Assembly: GCA_045659645.1 (NCBI GenBank)
Contig: JAZRCG010000010.1
Coordinates: 57,391-121,390 of the forward strand
DNA: 64,000 bases
Direction: 5' to 3'
Source of the DNA: Bacteroidaceae bacterium
GTDB lineage: Bacteria; Bacteroidota; Bacteroidia; Bacteroidales; Bacteroidaceae
Part shown: in pieces, positions 60,786 through 64,000 of the stretch
Layout: each line of letters starts with the position of its first letter
Numbering within the stretch: position 1 is the first letter of the stretch
Made by a program: the position numbers and the translations under genes
Notes under the pieces: generated by a model
Told to the model about the DNA's origin: nothing
The model's database searches: none
What the model saw: only the letters and a program-made list of their open reading frames with translations

Positions 60786-62249
60786 CTATTCATTCAGGTC
60801 AATGACGAAGCCTTGTTTGCGTCCGCTTGGGGCAACTGCCTTTATCCAGATGGTCCGGTCGGGGCTTTGGTTGGCTTGCTTCACGGCATTCTCCCAATCT
60901 TGTGGGGTTTCCATTTGCATATCGTTCACGGCAAGGATAATTGTCCCCTTAGTCACTCCTGCCTTCTGCATTTTGCCATTGCGTATGGCCTTGACCGTCA
61001 GGCCGTAAGGGATACCCAGACGTGCTTTCTCGTCTGCCGATAGAGGTTCTAATGCCACTCCCATCTCGTCCACATCCACCTCTTGCAGAATCTTGGTGGA
61101 ACCCTGGCTGTTTTTCAAGGTAACACTCTCGGTATGTTTCTTCTTGTCTCTGATCCATGTCAACTTTACCTTGTCACCAGGCCGGTACTGCGACAGGGCC
61201 TCTTGCAACTCCGACATCTTGTGTATCTCCTTGTCGTTGAGACTCACTATGGCATCGCCCTTCTGCAAACCAGCCTCGGCGGCGGTGGAACCTTCGGCAA
61301 CACTATTCACCCATACGCCAGTTAGAGTGCCAAGGTCGGGAGTTTTGCCTTGAGCCTTTTCGGCATCTATATAGTTGGTAACGTCAATACCCGTTACGCC
61401 CAGCACGGCACGCTGAACCGTACCATAAGCCTTGAGGTCGGCCACCACCTTATTCATTATAGAGGTTGGAATAGCAAATCCGTAACCACTATAACTGCCC
61501 GTTTGCGAGTATAGCATGGCATTGATGCCCACAAGTTCGCCCTGTGCATTTACCAAGGCACCGCCCGAGTTGCCCTGATTGATGGCAGCGTCAGTTTGTA
61601 TGAAACTCTCTATGCCGTTGGCTCCCAAACTTCTTGCCTTGGCAGAAACGATACCCGCCGTGACAGTACTTGTGAGATTGAACGGATTGCCTACGGCCAG
61701 AACCCACTGGCCAATCTTCAATTCATCGCTGTTGCCAATGGGCAGAGTCGGAAGATTTTTGCCCTCAATCTTGATGAGTGCCAGGTCCGTATTGGCATCC
61801 AAGCCTACAATGCGCCCAGAGAACTCCCTGTTGTCATTCAGTTTTACGAGAATCTCGTCGGCACCAGCCACAACGTGATTGTTGGTGACGATATATCCAT
61901 CCTGCGAGATAATTACGCCAGAACCGGCACCTCGGCGATCGGGTTCCTTGTATTCCCGCTGCTGGGGAGAAATGCCCCTATGACCAAACATGTCGCCAAA
62001 GAATTCGGCGAACGGGTCGTGATAAGTGACCTTGTGTGTCTTGCCCATCTGCGTGACTTTTATGTAAACTACAGCATTCACGCTTTGTTCGGCAGCATAG
62101 GTAAGATCTACATACCCGACCAGAGGCACTGCATTTGCCTCTGTTTGCAACTCTGCTGGTGTAATGACTTCCTTGTCGGAAGGTGTCTCGGCATTGCCAG
62201 AACAGGCAATAAATGTGGAACCGATGATAATGAACAATGCTTTCTTCAT
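60786..62249 (-). CDS. htrA: Do/HtrA-family periplasmic serine endopeptidase with two PDZ domains
   Basis: 487 aa from MKKALFIIIGSTFIACSG (lipoprotein-like signal). Catalytic contexts: TNNHVV, D..LALIKI, GNSGGALVN. Confidence 0.9.
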   Translation of the reverse strand: MKKALFIIIGSTFIACSGNAETPSDKEVITPAELQTEANAVPLVGYVDLTYAAEQSVNAVVYIKVTQMGKTHKVTYHDPFAEFFGDMFGHRGISPQQREYKEPDRRGAGSGVIISQDGYIVTNNHVVAGADEILVKLNDNREFSGRIVGLDANTDLALIKIEGKNLPTLPIGNSDELKIGQWVLAVGNPFNLTSTVTAGIVSAKARSLGANGIESFIQTDAAINQGNSGGALVNAQGELVGINAMLYSQTGSYSGYGFAIPTSIMNKVVADLKAYGTVQRAVLGVTGIDVTNYIDAEKAQGKTPDLGTLTGVWVNSVAEGSTAAEAGLQKGDAIVSLNDKEIHKMSELQEALSQYRPGDKVKLTWIRDKKKHTESVTLKNSQGSTKILQEVDVDEMGVALEPLSADEKARLGIPYGLTVKAIRNGKMQKAGVTKGTIILAVNDMQMETPQDWENAVKQANQSPDRTIWIKAVAPSGRKQGFVIDLNE

Positions 62250-62307
62250 GTTCTTGTTCTTATGTAATGGATTATTAAATGTTTGAGCACTTGTATATTT
62301 CTGTTTG

Positions 62308-62315
62308 CAAAAGTA
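62308..62315 (-). promoter_or_regulatory. Bacteroidota -7 box (TACTTTTG) for htrA
   Basis: Minus strand reads CTAACTACTTTTGCAAAC, about 58 nt upstream of the chosen ATG. Confidence 0.5.
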
Positions 62316-62399
62316 GTTAGAAAAGAAGTACATTGTCACTTTCCTTGTCTTATTTTAACCTTTTAGTCATGTTGGTTTTGCCATTTTAAGGAATATTCG

Positions 62400-62407
62400 T
62401 AAATTTG
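62400..62407 (+). promoter_or_regulatory. Bacteroidota -7 box (TAAATTTG) for RNase P RNA
   Basis: CGTAAATTTGCACAC ends about 8 nt before the predicted 5' end of rnpB. Confidence 0.55.
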
Positions 62408-62415
62408 CACACAAA

Positions 62416-62831
62416 GAAACAGTGGTTCGGCTTGTCGCTGGTCTTTCTATGAATATGGAAAGACGAGAGGAAAGTCCGGGCAACACAGGACAATCCGCTA
62501 CCTAACGGGTAGGAGTCAGTAATGGCTGGTCAGTGCAGAAGAAAATAACCGCCAGCATCTATGCCGGCAAGGGTGAGAAGGTGGGGCAAGAGCCCACCAG
62601 GCGTATGGCAACATGCGTGCTGTGCACTCCGGATGTTGAAAGTTCGCGTATACCGGCGAGATTCCCGCAACATTAGTGGGGTGGGAGTGTGAGGGCTGTC
62701 CGTCCAAGCTGGAGGGTAGAACGATAGAGGCCGGTGGTGACACCGGCAGTGGATAAATGACAAGCGGCGGAAGGTATCATCTCTTTATGGTCCTGCCGTG
62801 CACAGAACCCGGCTTACAGAGCCTCTGTTTC
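62416..62831 (+). ncRNA. rnpB: RNase P RNA (bacterial type A)
   Basis: The universal GAGGAAAGUCCGGGC is at 62467-62481 and ACAGAACCCGGCUUA at 62802-62816. The 5' GAAACAGUGGUUC pairs with the 3' GAGCCUCUGUUUC (P1). The ends are approximate. Confidence 0.85.
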
Positions 62832-62867
62832 TTCTTTTTTTAGAAAGTGCCTAATAGACATAAGCAT

Positions 62868-64000
62868 ATGACATTTGCAGAAAAAATGGAATCGTGGTGG
62901 AACATGGACGAGGGACAATGCAATGCCCTTGGAAAATGGTCTTTGCGCTTATTCAAACGCATATATATAACGGTTGACCATTTCATCAACAACAATCTGG
63001 GTTCCTATGCATCAGCCCTGACCTACAATACCACATTGGCTGTGGTACCCGTACTTGCCATTATATTTGCCATAGCACGAGGATTTGGATTTGACAATAT
63101 AATAGAATCACGCATGCGTCTGGCACTGGATTCCTTCAATCCGGAAATAACCGCCACGGTGCTTAACTTCGTGGAGAGTTATCTTCAACATACCAAAAGT
63201 GGAGTGTTCTTGGGCGTTGGTATACTATTGCTGTTCTATACATTGGTAAACCTGACCATGAACATAGAAACAGCCTTCAATACCGTGTGGCAGGTAACGA
63301 ATACACGAAACATATACCGACGCATAACTGACTATATTTCGGTATTCCTGCTGCTCCCTATTCTGATGATTATCACCAATGGTCTCAATGTTATAATGCT
63401 TGCCCTGGAATCATGGTTCGAGATGTACTTATCCATGGGAAATACCATTCATGTCATTGTGGTGATGCTTCCCTTCTTCATCAGTTCAATGGTATTTGTG
63501 CTGCTGTATAAACTCATGCCCAATACCCATGTACGTTGGAGTGCGTGCGTAGGCCCTGGTATCATTGCTGGTTTGCTGTTCCAGGGAATGGAGTACTTCT
63601 ATATTCATTACCAGATAAAACTGTCAGCATACAATGCTATTTATGGTTCGTTTGCAGCCATACCTTTGCTTTTGATATTCTTGCAATTCACATGGTATAT
63701 ATGCCTTATCGGTTGTCAATTGTGCTATGCCAACCAAATGGTGCAGGAATATGCCTTTGAGAGATCAATGCAAGGAATGAGCCGTAGATTTAGAGATACC
63801 TTGTCACTATTGCTGGTTAACAATATAGCGAAGGCATTTGCAGAAGGAGACCGTCCTCATAGCCAGCATTCATTGTCTCGTGCGACCCATTTGCCGGATG
63901 CCTTGGTGAATGTGCTCCTGGATGAACTTGTGGACGTAGGTGTGCTTGCCGTAACACACAACAATTCTGGTACAGAAATGCTGTATATTCCTGCCATAGA
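62868..64000 (+). CDS. YihY/BrkB-family membrane protein, 3' end outside the window
   Basis: Not in the track because there is no stop in the window. Manual translation gives MTFAEKMESWW...GSYASALTYNTTLAVVPVLAIIFAI...YGSFAAIPLLLIFLQFTWYICLIG, the typical YihY pattern. Confidence 0.75.
   Translation, partial: MTFAEKMESWWNMDEGQCNALGKWSLRLFKRIYITVDHFINNNLGSYASALTYNTTLAVVPVLAIIFAIARGFGFDNIIESRMRLALDSFNPEITATVLNFVESYLQHTKSGVFLGVGILLLFYTLVNLTMNIETAFNTVWQVTNTRNIYRRITDYISVFLLLPILMIITNGLNVIMLALESWFEMYLSMGNTIHVIVVMLPFFISSMVFVLLYKLMPNTHVRWSACVGPGIIAGLLFQGMEYFYIHYQIKLSAYNAIYGSFAAIPLLLIFLQFTWYICLIGCQLCYANQMVQEYAFERSMQGMSRRFRDTLSLLLVNNIAKAFAEGDRPHSQHSLSRATHLPDALVNVLLDELVDVGVLAVTHNNSGTEMLYIPAI

Noticed and set aside
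1-64000. Search for tRNA, rRNA, tmRNA or SRP RNA, and for transposases, integrases, toxin-antitoxin pairs or known defence systems (R-M, Abi, CBASS, retron, DGR).
   Set aside because: I found no cloverleaf-compatible sequences, no conserved rRNA/tmRNA/SRP motifs, and no ORFs with DDE/tyrosine-recombinase, reverse-transcriptase, nuclease-helicase or methyltransferase signatures. The only stable RNA I can support is RNase P RNA.

Overview
64-kb chromosomal segment of a Bacteroidota genome, probably Prevotellaceae (Prevotella/Segatella-like). That placement is an inference from four things: TAnnTTTG -7 promoter boxes upstream of most genes, three cargo proteins with T9SS C-terminal sorting domains, an HU-like / tiny-TM-peptide / amidase cassette, and a Na+-pumping methylmalonyl-CoA decarboxylase operon plus PFOR. 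I can support about 50 CDS and one RNase P RNA.

Main coding content:
- Housekeeping: metY, queA, xth, xseAB, ilvE, proS, coaX, mtgA, nifJ, htrA.
- An MFP-RND-TolC efflux operon and a MATE exporter.
- Secreted enzymes: a C1-peptidase/LamG/PKD protein, a 2029-aa GH20+GH33 fusion and a low-GC lectin-like protein.
- A glycosyltransferase/flippase locus.

I saw no rRNA, tRNA, CRISPR, transposase, integrase or recognisable defence or prophage module.

Two things stand out.
1. Intergenic space, and several gene ends, are saturated with unrelated short-repeat families. These include GC-rich hairpin modules in inverted pairs at intra-operon junctions, GTAGGGAC...GTCCCTAC elements, CTCTGCG...CGCAGAG elements, and degenerate tandem word arrays of 7-, 9-, 10- and 14-bp period. 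The arrays donate stop codons, N/C-terminal extensions and even an in-frame loop insertion.
2. A tightly packed minus-strand gene string (52.7-60.4 kb) opens with an HprK-like P-loop protein, an S24/S26-like peptidase and a PqqD-like protein. That combination resembles peptide-maturation cassettes, but I found no cyclase and no precursor. It is joined to a TRIC channel, a DUF5103/T9SS-plug-like protein, a Wzx flippase and two GT2 enzymes.

All family calls are made by eye from motifs; none has been verified by a search.
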